Source of the DNA: Eledone cirrhosa | Lineage: Eukaryota | Reading direction: 5' to 3' | NCBI GenBank assembly: GCA_964016885.1 | Contig: OZ024740.1 | Span: 78,802,001-78,866,000 of the forward strand | Length of the DNA: 64,000 nucleotides | Shown: one piece after another, positions 11,731-24,305 of the stretch | Numbering within the stretch: the first letter of the stretch is position 1 | Layout of the letters: each line of letters begins with the position of its first letter | The notes under the pieces: model-generated | The model's input: the letters and a program-made list of their open reading frames with translations, nothing else | Databases searched by the model: none | Told to the model about the DNA's origin: nothing | Translations under genes and position numbers: made by a program

Positions 11731-11760
<30 letters not shown>

Positions 11761-11761
11761 C

Positions 11762-14700
11762 TAAAAGAATAGAGGTGTAACACACAGGTTATTATATATT
11801 GGTAAACAGAATAGAAAATGCTGACAAATTGTTCACAGTGAAAAATAGTTTAATTAGGAATAAGTGAGAATTAGTAATTGTATTGGTTAGTATTCAGTTC
11901 TGGTTTTAAGTTTTACCGGTTGCGCATTTCTAATGCTTTTCAAAAATAATTTTGAGATAGAGCGTCCGTGATGTTTGCTCTGATCTGATTAGTTTTGGGA
12001 ATTCTACCTGTTTTTATGTTAAAAAAGTGGCTCCAGCGGTATTAAAATAAGTTTTGCGCCAATTCGTGTTGCAAAAATTCTTGTGGTCAAAACAATTTTG
12101 ATTGGTCGGTAGAAGTCATGTGAATGTAAAAAATTGATTTTGCGCCAAATGTAGGTTTGTGTCGGCTGACTGTGAAATGACTCTTTCACAACAAATATGT
12201 GTGTGTGTGTATGTGTGTAGTAGTAGTAGTAAAGTGTTCGTTGTTGTGATAATGGTCAGCAGTGATGTGTGTGCGAACCGCAGCCTGTTGATAGTTCAAA
12301 TGCCTATTAAGACCAGTGTGTGTGCGTAGCAGAGTAATTCGTGGTAGAGGGATGGTCAGTAGGAATGTGTCTGTGAGTGGGGGATATTTTAACATGTTAA
12401 AAGATATTTTTCAGCTCTTGTCTTATACGGAGAAGTGTGTGTGTGTGTGTATATGTCTCTTTGTATGTTAATGTACGCGTGTGTATGTCTGTGTGTATAT
12501 ATGTGTGTGTGTGTGGACCAGTATTTTTTTCCTGGTAAAATGGTGTACATTATTCGATATTTTCAGTAAAATCGATTCTCTCAATAGAACATCAAAAACC
12601 TTAATAATAAAAGGTGCGAAATGATATATAGCATTGGCATAATACCAAGGTGTGTGTGAGTGTGTGTGTGTGTCCAGATTGTATGTACTGAAAGGGGGAT
12701 CCCTTAGGCCTTGCCGTATTGGAATACCTGTGCACAAATATGTATCTGGAGTGTGTCCAGAAATTGTATACCTGTGCACAAATTGTACACTTGTGCACAA
12801 ATTGTACACATGTATCTGGAGTGTGTCCAGAAATTGTATACCTGTGCACAAATATGTATCTGGAGTGTGTCCAGACTGTAAGGCCTTGCCGTATTGGAAT
12901 ACCTGGGCACAAATATGTATCTGGAGTGTGTCCAGAAATTGTATACCTGTGCACAAATTGTACACTTGTGCACAAATTGTACACATGTATCTGGAGTGTG
13001 TCCAGAAATTGTATACCTGTGTACAAATATGTATCTGGAGTGTGTCCAGATTGCACGTACTACAAGGGGAATTCATTAGGCTTTGCCGTATTGGAATACC
13101 TGTGCACAAAAATGTATGTGCCCATCAGTGTGCAATGCATGTGTGCATTTATGTATGTGTGTGTGTCGGCACGTTTATATCTATAGACATCAAAAGGTAT
13201 GCAAATTTGGGTATATTTGTGTTGCACCATAGAACATGTGTGTTTACGTATGTCATTGTGTTTATATGTGGGTAGAGATGTGTGCTGATGTAGGTATGTA
13301 TGTTGACGTGTGTATGTTGTAGGTTCGTCTTAGGGAGAAGTGTTTAGACGGGGTCCGTATTTGTTAATAAAGTAAGATTCCTTGCTGATGCGCTGGGTGT
13401 GGGTGGCATCTTTAAATTTGTAGAGGGGAAAGATTCTGAAGTTGGGATGATTTTGGGCGGCACAGGTATCAATGTGTTCACTCAGTGGTATTTTCCTGTA
13501 TTCTCGTATTTTAATTTGGGATCTATGGACAGTCATGCGTTGGCGGAGGCTCTTTTTGGTCTGGCCTATGTATTGTTCTCGACAACCTGAGCAAGTTAAT
13601 ACATATATTAGATTTCCCGATGCACATGTGAAATTGTGTTTTACTATAAAACGTTGTCCTTCTTTGAAATAGAATTCCGAACCCTCTGTTAGGTTGATGC
13701 AAATGCCACAGTTGGGTCTATCGCATTTTTTTACTGTGGGTTTTGTTGTTGTGGTTGGCAGTACTTTGACATGTGTTAGGATGTTTTTCATTGACTTAGA
13801 TCGTCTTTTGCTCTTTATGATATCGTGTGTTCATATTATTTGGTTCATTCTATGGTCCTTTTTCAACACAGGGATGTTCTGGAGGATGGTGTCAAAGGCC
13901 TCATTGTTGAGGGGGTTGTGTGTGGAGATGTATGGAAGAGCTTTTAGTTTCGGTTGATTTACTTTAGGGTGTCTAAGGTCCTGGGTACTGAGTTTTAGGG
14001 CACGTTGGATTCCATTGTCAATTAGTGATGCAGCGTAGTCCCTGCCTATGAGTGTGTCCTTTAGTTCTTGTAGCCGTAAGTAGCAGGTGTTTTTATTGGA
14101 GACTATAGTACAGATTCTCTTGGCTAAGTTGTAGGGAATATTTATTTTAACGTGTCTAGGGTGGCAAGAGTTGAAAGGAAGATATTGCTTGGAGTCTGTG
14201 GGCTTGTAGTATATGTCTTTCTATTTTTTTGTTATGGATCTTAATGAGGATGTCGAGGAAGGGGAGTTGTTGATGGCTGTATTCCATCGTGAAGTTAATA
14301 TTTGTGTTGAGCCCATTTATAAGGGTGTGAAATTCTTTAAGTTTCTCGATGTTTTCATGCCAAAGGATGAAGCAGTCATCTAGATATCGCTTCCAGTTCC
14401 TTTCTATGTGTAAGTGGAGAGTGTTTCCAAATTTGTTTAGGACTTTAGTGTAGAGGGTGATTTCCAGGTATCCCATGACTAGGTTGGCATAAGTGGGGGC
14501 TGTTTTCGTTCCCATAGCGGTCCCAGATTTCTGCCTGTAGGGTTTGTTATTGAAAACGAAGTAATTGTTCTCCAAGATAAATTTGAGTCCCTCTATCACG
14601 AATTCTTTTTTGATGCGTTGTGGGAGTTCATTGTGGTAATTATCCAGCCAGAATTGGATAGCTTCTATTCCTAGGTTGTGGGGGATGTTGGAGTATAGGT

Positions 14701-16060
14701 TGACTACATCGAACGTCACTAGTAGGGTTTGTTCAGAAAGTGGCATATTAGGGAGGTGATTGAGCATATCTAGGTCGTCCCTTATATAGCTTTTGATGTG
14801 TTTGAGAAAAGGCTTGAGAAGGGTATCAATGAAGTTGCTAAGGCAGTGGGTTTCGCAAGTGGGGCCTGCTATTATAGGTCTTAATTTGAGATCATTGGGT
14901 GAGGGGACATTGATGACTATGTTTGTAGCTTCCTTGCATGCCTTACTTATTAATTCGCTTTTATGTACTTTAGGGATACTTTCTGGACACACTCCAGATA
15001 CATATTTGTGCCCAGGTATTCCAATACGGCAAGGCCTTACAATCTGGACACACTCCAGATACATATTTGTGCACAGGTATGCAATTTCTGGACACGCTCC
15101 AGATACATATTTGTGCACAGGTATTCCAATACGGCAAGGCCTAAGGGATCCCCCTTTCAGTACGTACAATCTGGACACACACACCTTGGTATGATGCTAA
15201 TACTATATATCATTTCACACCTTTTATTATTAAGGTTTTTGATGTTCTATTGAGAGAATCGATTTTACTGAAAATATCGAATAATATACACCATTTTACC
15301 ATGAAAAAAATACTGGTCCACCCACACACACACACATTCTCACACACACACACACACATATATACACACACATACACATGCGTACATTAACATACAAAGA
15401 GACATATACACACACACATACACACACTTCTCCGTATAAGACAAGAGCTGAAAAATATCTTTTAACATGTTAAAATATCCCCCACTCACTTACAGACACA
15501 TTCCTACTGACCATCCCTCTACCACGAATTACTCTGCTACACACACACACACTGGTCTTAATAGGCATTTGAACTGTCAACAGGCTGCGGTTCGCACACA
15601 CATCCCTGCTGACCATTATCACAACAACGAACACTTTACTACTACTACACACATACACACACACATATTTGTTGTGAAAGAGTCATTTCTCAGTCAGCCG
15701 ACACAAACCTACATTTGGCGCAAAATCAATTTTTTACATTCACATGACCTCTACCGACCAATCAAAATTGTTTTGACCACAAGAATTTTTGCAACACGAA
15801 TTGGCGCAAAACTTATTTTAATAACGCTGGAGCCACTTTTTTAACATAAAAACAGGTAGAATTCCTAAAACTAATCAGATCAGAGCAAACATCACGGACG
15901 CTCTATCTCAAAATTATTTTTGAAAAGCATTAGAAATGCACAACCGGTATAACTTAAAACCAAAACTGAATACTAACAATTACTAATTCTCACTTATTCC
16001 TAATTAAACTATTTTTCACTGTGAACAATTTGTCAGCATTTTCTATTCCGTTTACCAATA
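11762..16060 (-). mobile_element. Penelope-like element, Neptune-like, 5'-truncated, with an inverted copy of its 3' region at the 5' end
   Basis: RT ~14980-14160 (PKVHK, LRPIIAG, FDVVNLYSNIP, GTAMGTKTAPTYANL, RYLDDCF); frameshift near 14215; GIY-YIG 13330..13791 (CDRPNCGIC, NLIYVLTC, QYIGQT); 11797-~12950 is inverted at ~14977-16060; (TA)n on both sides. Confidence 0.88.
12668..13110. repeat. Compound minisatellite in the PLE 3' region
   Basis: Repeated TGTGTCCAGAAATTGTATACCTGTGCACAAATATGTATCTGGAG and TGTGCACAAATTGTACAC units; shorter inverted array at 14977-15180. Confidence 0.85.
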
Positions 16061-16075
16061 TATATATATATATAC

Positions 16076-16290
16076 CATCATCATCGTTTTACGTCCGTTC
16101 TTCCATGCTAGCATGGGTTAGACGGGTTGTCCTGTTGTGGGCAGTGTCTGGTCAGCTGACCATGCCTTGCTCATACAGGAACTGATTTTGGCTTGATTCC
16201 TACAGCTGGATGCCCTTCCTAACACCAACCTCATTTACAGTGAGTGCTGGGTGCTTTTTTTCCGTGGCGCCTGCACGTCCACTTTACAGC
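16076..16290 (-). mobile_element. RTE 3'-UTR-related short repeat
   Basis: CTACAGCTGGATGCCCTTCCTAACACCAACC core and (GAT)n-type tail shared with the RTE 3' UTR. Confidence 0.7.
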
Positions 16291-16953
16291 CTATATATAT
16301 AGGCTTGCATGTGTGTATATGTGAGTATATGTATGTATGTGTAATTATACATTTGTATGCACACATGCAAATGCAGCTACATGTGTATATATGTATATGT
16401 GTGTGTATAATTTTCATACACTATATCTTTGTTTACGAATGCATCCACACCAGTCAGTGCATACTTATGTATGAGCCTGAAAACATTACTTTCACTATTA
16501 TTAATACCTTCAGTATTTTTATGTTTAATCATTTTACTGTTATAATATAATTTTCCATATATGGTAGCTGGAAATTATTCAGCTATTCTAAAAAGAATAT
16601 TTCTCTCCTGATTTTTTCATAGCAAGAATTTGATTTTTTCATAGCAAGAATTTGAATTTTTCCATAGAAAGAATTTGTTCTCATTCCACAATTCTCCTTC
16701 CATATATTTTGCTCATCTCAAGAGAACATCTCCACACACTACTGTTATGCTTTCCTGTTTGCTAAAAGCAATATTTCTGCGTTTACAAATTGATTTTTTT
16801 TTTAGTTTCAGATGATGCCGTTTAGCATGAAAGCAGAAGTTTTTTGCTTAAACTTTTAATAATAATAATGAAATTATTGTGTACAGTGCTCAGGTGCACT
16901 ACAACTCATCAAAGGTGCATGTATAGTAGATAGAATAATGTACAAATGTCAGG

Positions 16954-18904
16954 AATCTGTACTAATAATAAATATTTGCTTTATGGATTTATATATATAT
17001 ATACAACCCTTATTGAGCCCTCTTTGGATTTTGTTCTTTGTATTTATTATTACTATATATCATCATCATCATCAACGTTTAACGTCCGTGTTCCACGCTT
17101 GCATGGGTTTCGACGGGGGTTTTCCCACTTGAGGCAAGAGTGATTATCTTGCTCGCATAGGACTATCTGGCGGGTTTTCTACAGCTGGATGCCCTTCCTA
17201 ACACCAACCACATTTACAGTGTGGGGCTGGGAGGTTTTTACCGTGTTGCCTACACGGCCACATTACAGCGTGAACTGTGTGTTTTTTTACGTGACACCTA
17301 CACGATCTCATTTGTTTCGGCCTGGATGTTGTGGCACCAACATAACTTTACATTGAAAGGGGCGGTGTGGATGGGGTGGGGGTGGTGGGACGGGGTGTAT
17401 TTTGTTAGAGATGCCTACTGACTGTAGTAGGTTTTACTTTGTATTTAGGTAAGGCGGGTCTTCTCTATTACAGAGTACCGCCAAAGGTCTCGGTCCAGTG
17501 ACATTGTCTTGGTGAGGTGTAAGTGTGTGAGGTCGGAATTTATCAGCTCGTCCCAGCTTTTTCTGGGTCTGCCTATTCCGTGGCTACCGTCTATCTTTAT
17601 TGCCCTGCACTTTGTTATACAGTTATCGTCCTTCATGTGCATCACGTGATCATACCAACGTAGCCTTCTCTCGAGTAAACAACATCTGATCCCTCTTATT
17701 TCTAATTTTTTCCTTAGTTCGTTTATGCTTTGCCGTTCACGTATATTACTATTACACATCCAGCGGAGCATGCAAGCTTCGTTTCTCTCTAGTCTGCGTA
17801 TATCCTCTGCACACAATGCCCAGGTCTCACTGCCATGCAACATTGCTGTTCGTATGCAGGCATCGTACAACCTGCCTTTCATTTTTAGGGAGAACCCTTT
17901 AGCGGCTAATAGTGGTATAAGCTCTCTGAACTTTTTACATCCAGTTCTGACTCTAGCTACTGTACTTTCAGAGCACCCTCCCCCACTGCTGATTTTGTCG
18001 CCCAGGTAACGGAAGCTGTCCACTATTTCTATAGAACCCTCTGCGCAGTTGAAAGAGCTAGTATTTAGTGGGCACTTGCTGCTACTTATTGCACCAGAGC
18101 ACCGGCCACATGTAAAATCTATGTTCTTAGTTAGCTTACCTGTGATCCCACTACATCTTTTATGCACCCATACTTTGCATTTGGGACACAAAATGGAGTT
18201 TCTACCTACGCCTTTCCTACACACTGAGCATGGCCATTTCCCGGAAGGGACCGGCGCCTTATTTTCTTTCCTACAAACTAGAACTTTAGTCTTAGCCAGG
18301 TTAATTTTAAGGCCTTTTGATTCTAGGCCGTGCTTCCATGTTTGGAATTTCTTCTCTAGCTCGGTCATTGATTCAGCTATGAGCGTCAGATCATCTGCGT
18401 ATAGGAGTTCCCATGGGCAGCCGGTCTTGAACTCCTCTGTTATAGCCTGAAGGGCAATAATAAATAGTAGGGGGCTAAGAACAGAGCCCTGATGGACACC
18501 AACGTTTACGCTAAACTCACTATATTCGTTGTTAATTCTAACCTTGCTGACTGTTTCTTTATACATGGCTTGTATAGCTCTCACAAGCCATTCGTCAACA
18601 CCTAGTTTTCTAAGAGCCCACCAGATAATGGAACGGGGGACTCTGTCGAAGGCTTTCTCCAAGTCAACAAAAGCTAAGTATAGAGGTTTACTTTTAGCTA
18701 GGTACTTCTCCTGTAGTTGTCGTACAATGAAAAGAGCGTTTGTGGTACTTTTGCCTGACACAAAATATTTATATATATATATACACACACACAAACACGC
18801 ATAGTAATAATGAATATGAAGACCAAAATCTGATAAAGATTGTATATATATATATAAAAGTATATATAAATCCACAGAGCAAATATTTATTATTAGTACA
18901 GATT
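16954..18904. mobile_element. Palindromic MITE-like element interrupted by an RTE insertion
   Basis: 16954-17056 (AATCTGTACTAATAATAAATATTTGCT...) is a diverged reverse complement of 18801-18904. Confidence 0.65.
17059..18762 (-). mobile_element. RTE LINE family A, 5'-truncated
   Basis: ORF 17445..18875 from FVSGKSTT through YADD to KTRLT; full 3' UTR and (GAT)n tail. Confidence 0.93.
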
Positions 18905-19885
18905 AATGTTTTTAAAGCAAAGAATATATATATATTCTTAGAAATAATTAGAAATCTCAATGCTAGGATAGCTGTTAAAACAACCAAATGCTGTCAGTGA
19001 TAGCATGCAGGTCAGGTAAAAAGACCTCAACAGACAGAAATCAGTGATCACTGATTGGTGAAGAGAAAGGCAAAGCTGCATGGTAGGTGATAGGTAGATG
19101 TGGATAGACAAATTTGAGAGAGAAGAAGAAGAAAGAGGAATGTGTTGGTATGTAGAAATGTCAGGAAAGAAGACAAAATTTGGTGGTGCCTCTGGACGTT
19201 TTCATACACACAGACACACTTCTCCTCATCAGCTCTTAAACCAATAGTGGTTTCACACAATTTAATTGGGAGTACCATATAAATTTATCGGATTTCGCAG
19301 CAGAAAATATATATTTCTGCTGGCATGGTGTGTGTATAATAAGATGAACAGAGCAGCCAGCGAGATCAAAGAGTGTTTCCTGCCAGTATTAGGCCGCCCT
19401 GTGGCAGCAAGTGGAAGTGACAGTGGGAGCAGCAAGTTTGAGAAGAGAAGAGTGGGGAGAGAACGTTGAGATTTCTAATTATTTCTCTGAGTTTCAAATA
19501 CACTCACCTTCAACTCAATAACTGAGACAACAATGTTTATTTTACTTTATCATTGCTATTATTTACTAGCTTTCTATTTTGAAGAAGCCCCACAGCTTGA
19601 GGACCACTATTTCTCCTTCATTTTCTTTCCATCCCCCGCCTTCTCTCTCTCTACCCATCGGCCTCACTACCCCTCCCATTCTTTTCCACTTTTTCTTTCT
19701 TCATTATCTCCCCCACTTTCTCTTATCACTTCTCATTCCTACTGCACAGGGATTTATATATATGTATGTATATGTATCTAGGGAGTGTAACATGCAGTTA
19801 CTCTAGTTTCACCTGAGTGAGCACTTGATGCGTAGTTTTCCATCTGTAAAGAGGTGTAGAACTAAGCAGAGTGTAAATATAATAA

Positions 19886-20073
19886 TTGTTTCTACTTTTG
19901 GCACAAGGCCAGCAATTACCCCACTGCATTACTGGGGGTACTTTATTTTATCGACCCTGTAAGGATGAAAAGCAAAGTTAACCTCGGCGGGATTTTAACT
20001 CAGACCATAAAGGGCCGTAACTCTTTGCTGCAAAGCATGGTGTCCGACCCTCTACCGATACTGCCAATCCACC
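19886..20073 (-). mobile_element. tRNA-derived SINE with Meta-like central domain
   Basis: Reverse complement of the family consensus TGGCAGTATCGG...GAGTT(C)AAATCCCGCCGAGGTTAACTTTGC...GTCGATAAAATAAAGTACC...AGTAGAAACAATT; 20-bp TSD at 19866-19885 and 20074-20093. Confidence 0.85.
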
Positions 20074-20792
20074 GCAGAGTGTAAATATAATAAAAGGACA
20101 ATTTGTTATGTCTTTATTATGTTTATTGAGTAGTGACACGTGTTTTGCTATTGATCAGCTTATTTATGTATATATAATATATCTATGTATATATAATATA
20201 TGTATTTGTCTCTGCTTGTGTCTTTCCATTAACACTACATATACAACCAATGTTGTATGATTATGTCCTATATAAACAATATGTCTACAGTGTAGCTATT
20301 TGACAGTGGACCATATTTTAAAATAAAGTATATGTTGGAATCAGGAAGGGCATGCAGCTGTAGAATACTGCCACAAAAAATGTTGTCCAATACATGCCTT
20401 CATGGAAAAGCAGATATAAAAACAGTGATGATGATTATGCAACAGGTAAAAAAAAACATCTGTAAATCTTTTCCTTGACAACCAAAATGTTTCTATCATC
20501 TGACATTGGCAGAAAGAAGTTGTGTTCGCCTATGTATGTATGCCTACATACTTGTTTATGATGATATCCAGCTTTCTGGCATTTATGACTGGATAAAAGG
20601 GATAAGGAACCAAATGTTTCATTTGCATGTGTTCTTGTAATGTAAATATATCTCTCATAAATAAGAATATTGGTGTAATATTAAAACATTAGTGTAGGAA
20701 ATAAAGTCCAGTTTTTTACTAAACATTTTTATAAATTGTTTTCTCATAGTTTTCCATTGCTAAGTTCTGAGCAGCTGTGTTGCAGTTGTTAA

Positions 20793-21244
20793 CCCTTTTG
20801 ATATCAAACTGCTTGAAACAAACTCTGCTTTTACAATACAAAGCTGTTTATTTTAAAATGTTTATAATTATCTCCAAACCTTCCATCATAATATTATATA
20901 AGAATCTTTAGTTATGCTCCGAACGCAAGCTTGATAATTCTTTGGGGGGAGGAGAAAATCGATTATATTGACCATAATACTTAATTGGTACTTCATTTTA
21001 TCAACCCCAGAAAGATGAAAGGCAAAGTTGGCCTAGGCAGGATTTGAAAGAACATAAAGAACCATAACTAAATGCTGCAAAGCATTTTGTTTGATGCTCT
21101 AACAATTCTGCCAATCCACAGCCCTCACACCAGCTTAATAATGAGAAAGTTATCTTACTAAATCTCTCCAAATTTTGGATTATTTTCAAAATGGTTTGTA
21201 AATTATAACTAATGCTTTTCATTAGAAATATGCTAATGAAAGGG
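20793..21244. mobile_element. TTAA-flanked MITE (piggyBac-like) with an old SINE nested inside
   Basis: Starts TTAA|CCCTTTTGATATCAA, homologous to 32049-32223; degenerate right end; SINE remnant at ~20945-21130. Confidence 0.55.
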
Positions 21245-21356
21245 GTAACCCTGGTGTTTCATAATGGAAAACATGTTGACATACTTAAAATAATACAATA
21301 TTTAATAGTGGTGCTAGAGTAAGCCTTTCAGCACTGAGCTACATGCATATATTGCT

Positions 21357-21535
21357 TGGCAGTATCGGTAGCTGGTTGGACGCCATGCTTTCTAGCATAG
21401 TTACGTCCCTTTACAGTCTGAGTTTAAATCCCGCCGAGGTTAACTTTGCCTTTCATCCTTACGGGGTCGATAAAATAAAGTACCAGTAATGTACTGGGTA
21501 ATTGCTGGCCTTGTGCCTAAAGTAGAAACAATTAT
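21357..21535 (+). mobile_element. tRNA-derived SINE (same family)
   Basis: A/B-box head, CTTTGCCTTTCATCCTTACGGGGTCGATAAAATAAAGTACCAG core, AGTAGAAACAATT end. Confidence 0.85.
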
Positions 21536-22252
21536 CTCTGCTATCCAATCTATGATCTTTTCTCTGTGGATTTATTTCTGTTGCTGTTTATCATTTCTGA
21601 ATTTCAAAGCACCATGACATGACAAAAAGCACCCAATACACCCTTAACATGATTCTTTTATAAATTTATGATGGAAGAGTTTAATTTAAATAGGAATCAT
21701 TTAAACTTGGTGGTTTTGCTTCACAGAATCAGAGCTGGTTATGTGTTAACCCTTTGAATCTTGAACTTCCTGCCATGTGTGAGGTCCCCATACACAGGAG
21801 CGGGAGTTAAGAAGACTAGTTTAGAACCATGTGGTTTCAGGTTCAGTCTCACCATGTGGGACCTTGATCAATTGTATTCTATAGTAGACTCAAACCAATG
21901 CATTGTAAGGGAATTTGGTAGATGGAAATGTTAAGGATGCCTGTTATCCTCACAGGCACACACACACACTGTTTATTAATACGGATTGAGTAGTAGTCTA
22001 TTGATATAATGCTTCTCCAATGTACTACCAGTTCCTCAGATAAGTAACTACTGTGTATGTGTGTGTGTATATCATGTATATCATAATCATCACCATCATT
22101 GTCTATTTTTTCATGCTTGTATGGGTTAGATGTGTGTGTATATGTATGTGTGTATATATATATATATCCGTATGTAGTTGACGGTTGAGAGAAGAGAGTA
22201 CTAGAAGTAGAGCTATATATATATATATATATATATAATAATTATTATTATT

Positions 22253-22830
22253 GGCATCCGTCGGTCTTGAAAGACCATGGATCTGCGCCTAGAGAATTAA
22301 CCTTTCCAGGGTGCAGGCTTGAGCAGGGTTTTATGGGAGATCAGCAGTTGCTTATGCAGCACATCTCCCCTTCTCCATGCCACCGGTGTTGTCCAAGGGA
22401 AGGACAGAGGCCAATACAACTTAACTGCAGTGGGGCCGCAGGAGTTGCCAGTATGAGGTTGGATATAACATTTAACTGCCTTAGGGACTCCAGCTCCAGA
22501 TTTATTCTCAGGGTTTACTACCGAAGCCTCTCCCATAAGTGAGTATAGCTACAAGTCAGCAGAGGTTTAAGTTCTGAGTTGGTCTTCTCTTAGATGGACT
22601 GCCCTCATAGGCTGATGAGTTCCTTCTACCCGGAGCACTGGTTTGAATGCACCAGAACCCACCTATACCCCTTCTCCTGTCAGGGACAGTTCCACCAGGC
22701 TTGCATATTAAACCACATGAGAAGATCAGGAGATGGACTTGGTTTGCAGAGGCTATTTGAGGCACATGTCACAAGGAGCATTTTATAATCTGTGTGCACT
22801 CATCTCCACTGTCACCTTCAGTCTAGCAAC
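22253..22830 (+). mobile_element. Probable RTE 5'-UTR-derived fragment
   Basis: GGCATCCGTCGGTCTTGAAAGACCATGGATCTGCGCC start resembles RTE 5' regions as I recall them; shares GTCCAAGGGAAGG.CA.AGG with the SINE tails at ~24120 and ~28020. Confidence 0.45.
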
Positions 22831-22857
22831 CTTATATATCATTATTTAATATAGAAA

Positions 22858-23043
22858 GGCAGTGGATTGGCAGTATCAGTAGAGGGTCGGACTCCATGCT
22901 TTGACGCAAAGAGTTACGTCCCTTTATGATCTGAGTTCAAATCCCGCCGAGGTTAACTTTGCTTTTCATGCTTACGGGATCGATAAAATAAAGTACCAGT
23001 AATATACTGGGTAATTGCTGGCCTTGTGCTAAAAGTAGAAACA
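22858..23043 (+). mobile_element. tRNA-derived SINE (same family)
   Basis: Full consensus; 17-bp TSD ATTATTTAATATAGAAA at 22841-22857 and 23044-23060. Confidence 0.88.
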
Positions 23044-23964
23044 ATTATTTAATATAGAAATGACTTCTTGTGATGAACAACAATAGTCTTATTAGGTTCA
23101 TACTTCAAAAACGTAAAAGGAAAGTTTAACATATTGGAGGTTAGTCCTTCATCAGGAGTAGAGAAATACAAAGATAAGGTTCAGAGAGTAACAGTAACAC
23201 CATGATGGGGTTCATAGATGGAAGATAAAAAAGAGGGACATGTTTGTGTGTGTTTTGTATCCAATTTGACATGGTGTGTTTATGCATATGTGCCACTTGA
23301 GTGGTGCATATGCAATTGATGATGGTGTGTATGTATGTCTGGTTATATCAGCATCATATATCATACATGTGCATGTTTAGTCATTGTGTGTATCAAATTA
23401 AGTTATAATATAATAATAAACCCCAGAGAAATACACAAAATTTGAACCTATAAAATTTGCTTTCTAAAGTTTTATTTTCAAAATCTTTTTAAAAGACCAT
23501 TAAATTCTTTAAATTTTATTTCAATAATATCGCTCCAGTTAACAGCTAGAATTAGCAACCAAATTTCCCTCATTTTACACCCTATCATCTTAACAGAATG
23601 TGGCAGGCATATTGGATTATGTAGTCATAGATACACTATGTCCAGTGGTATGTATTCCTAAGAATTAAGGTAAACATTGTTTACCCTCTAAAAATGTTTT
23701 ACTGTTTAGCCAGGGAAGGATATGCACATTATTAATGAAATACACTGTATTTCAATTAATCAATCAAGAATTTGTGGGCTTTATCAAAATTGTCAATTAT
23801 TTCATGATTACATTAGTATTTGTAATATAACTTAACAAAAGGCTTTTATGTCAAATTATACCAGAAGAGTTTAATTTAAATAAGAACTCTTTAAAATGGG
23901 GGATTTTGTTTCATAGAACCAGAGCCAGCTTTGAGCAGGTTGGTATCAAAAGAGTGAAATTGGA

Positions 23965-24305
23965 GCCAAGTGAAGAAGACACCTTTTGGTCACAAATGAC
24001 CATGGGATTTGCTCAGAGGAAGATTCCTTTCTGAGGCACAAGTCCGAGCAAGGTGTTTTTGTGGAAGACCAGCATTCGCCCATGCATACCAGTTTCCCCT
24101 TTCCATACCACTGATGTCGTCCAAGGGAAAGGCAAAGGTCAATACAGCTTAGCACTTGTGACAACTCATTTCTACAACTAAGTGAACTGGAGCAATGTGA
24201 AATAAAGTGTCTTGTTCAAGAACACCAAGCAGTACCTGGTTTGGGAATCGAATTTGCAACCCCATGATTGTGAATCCGATGCTCTAACCACTAAGCCACA
24301 CTCTT
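23965..24305 (-). mobile_element. Second tRNA-derived SINE family
   Basis: Reverse complement of the 27845-28183 copy; GGCTTAGTGGTTAGAGC head and GAACAAGACACTTTATTTCACATTGCTCCAG core. Confidence 0.7.

Noticed and set aside
12468-13275. Several overlapping 150-210 aa ORFs and a CRISPR-like periodicity
   Set aside because: Products of a stop-poor minisatellite; there are no unique spacers and the context is eukaryotic
19190-19240. CTGATGA...GAAA spacing (minus strand); similar cases at ~27270-27310 and ~35355-35410
   Set aside because: The flanking helices do not form
23118-23160. CTGATGA-AGG..CCT hammerhead-like motif (minus strand)
   Set aside because: GAAA and stem I are missing; at most a decayed remnant
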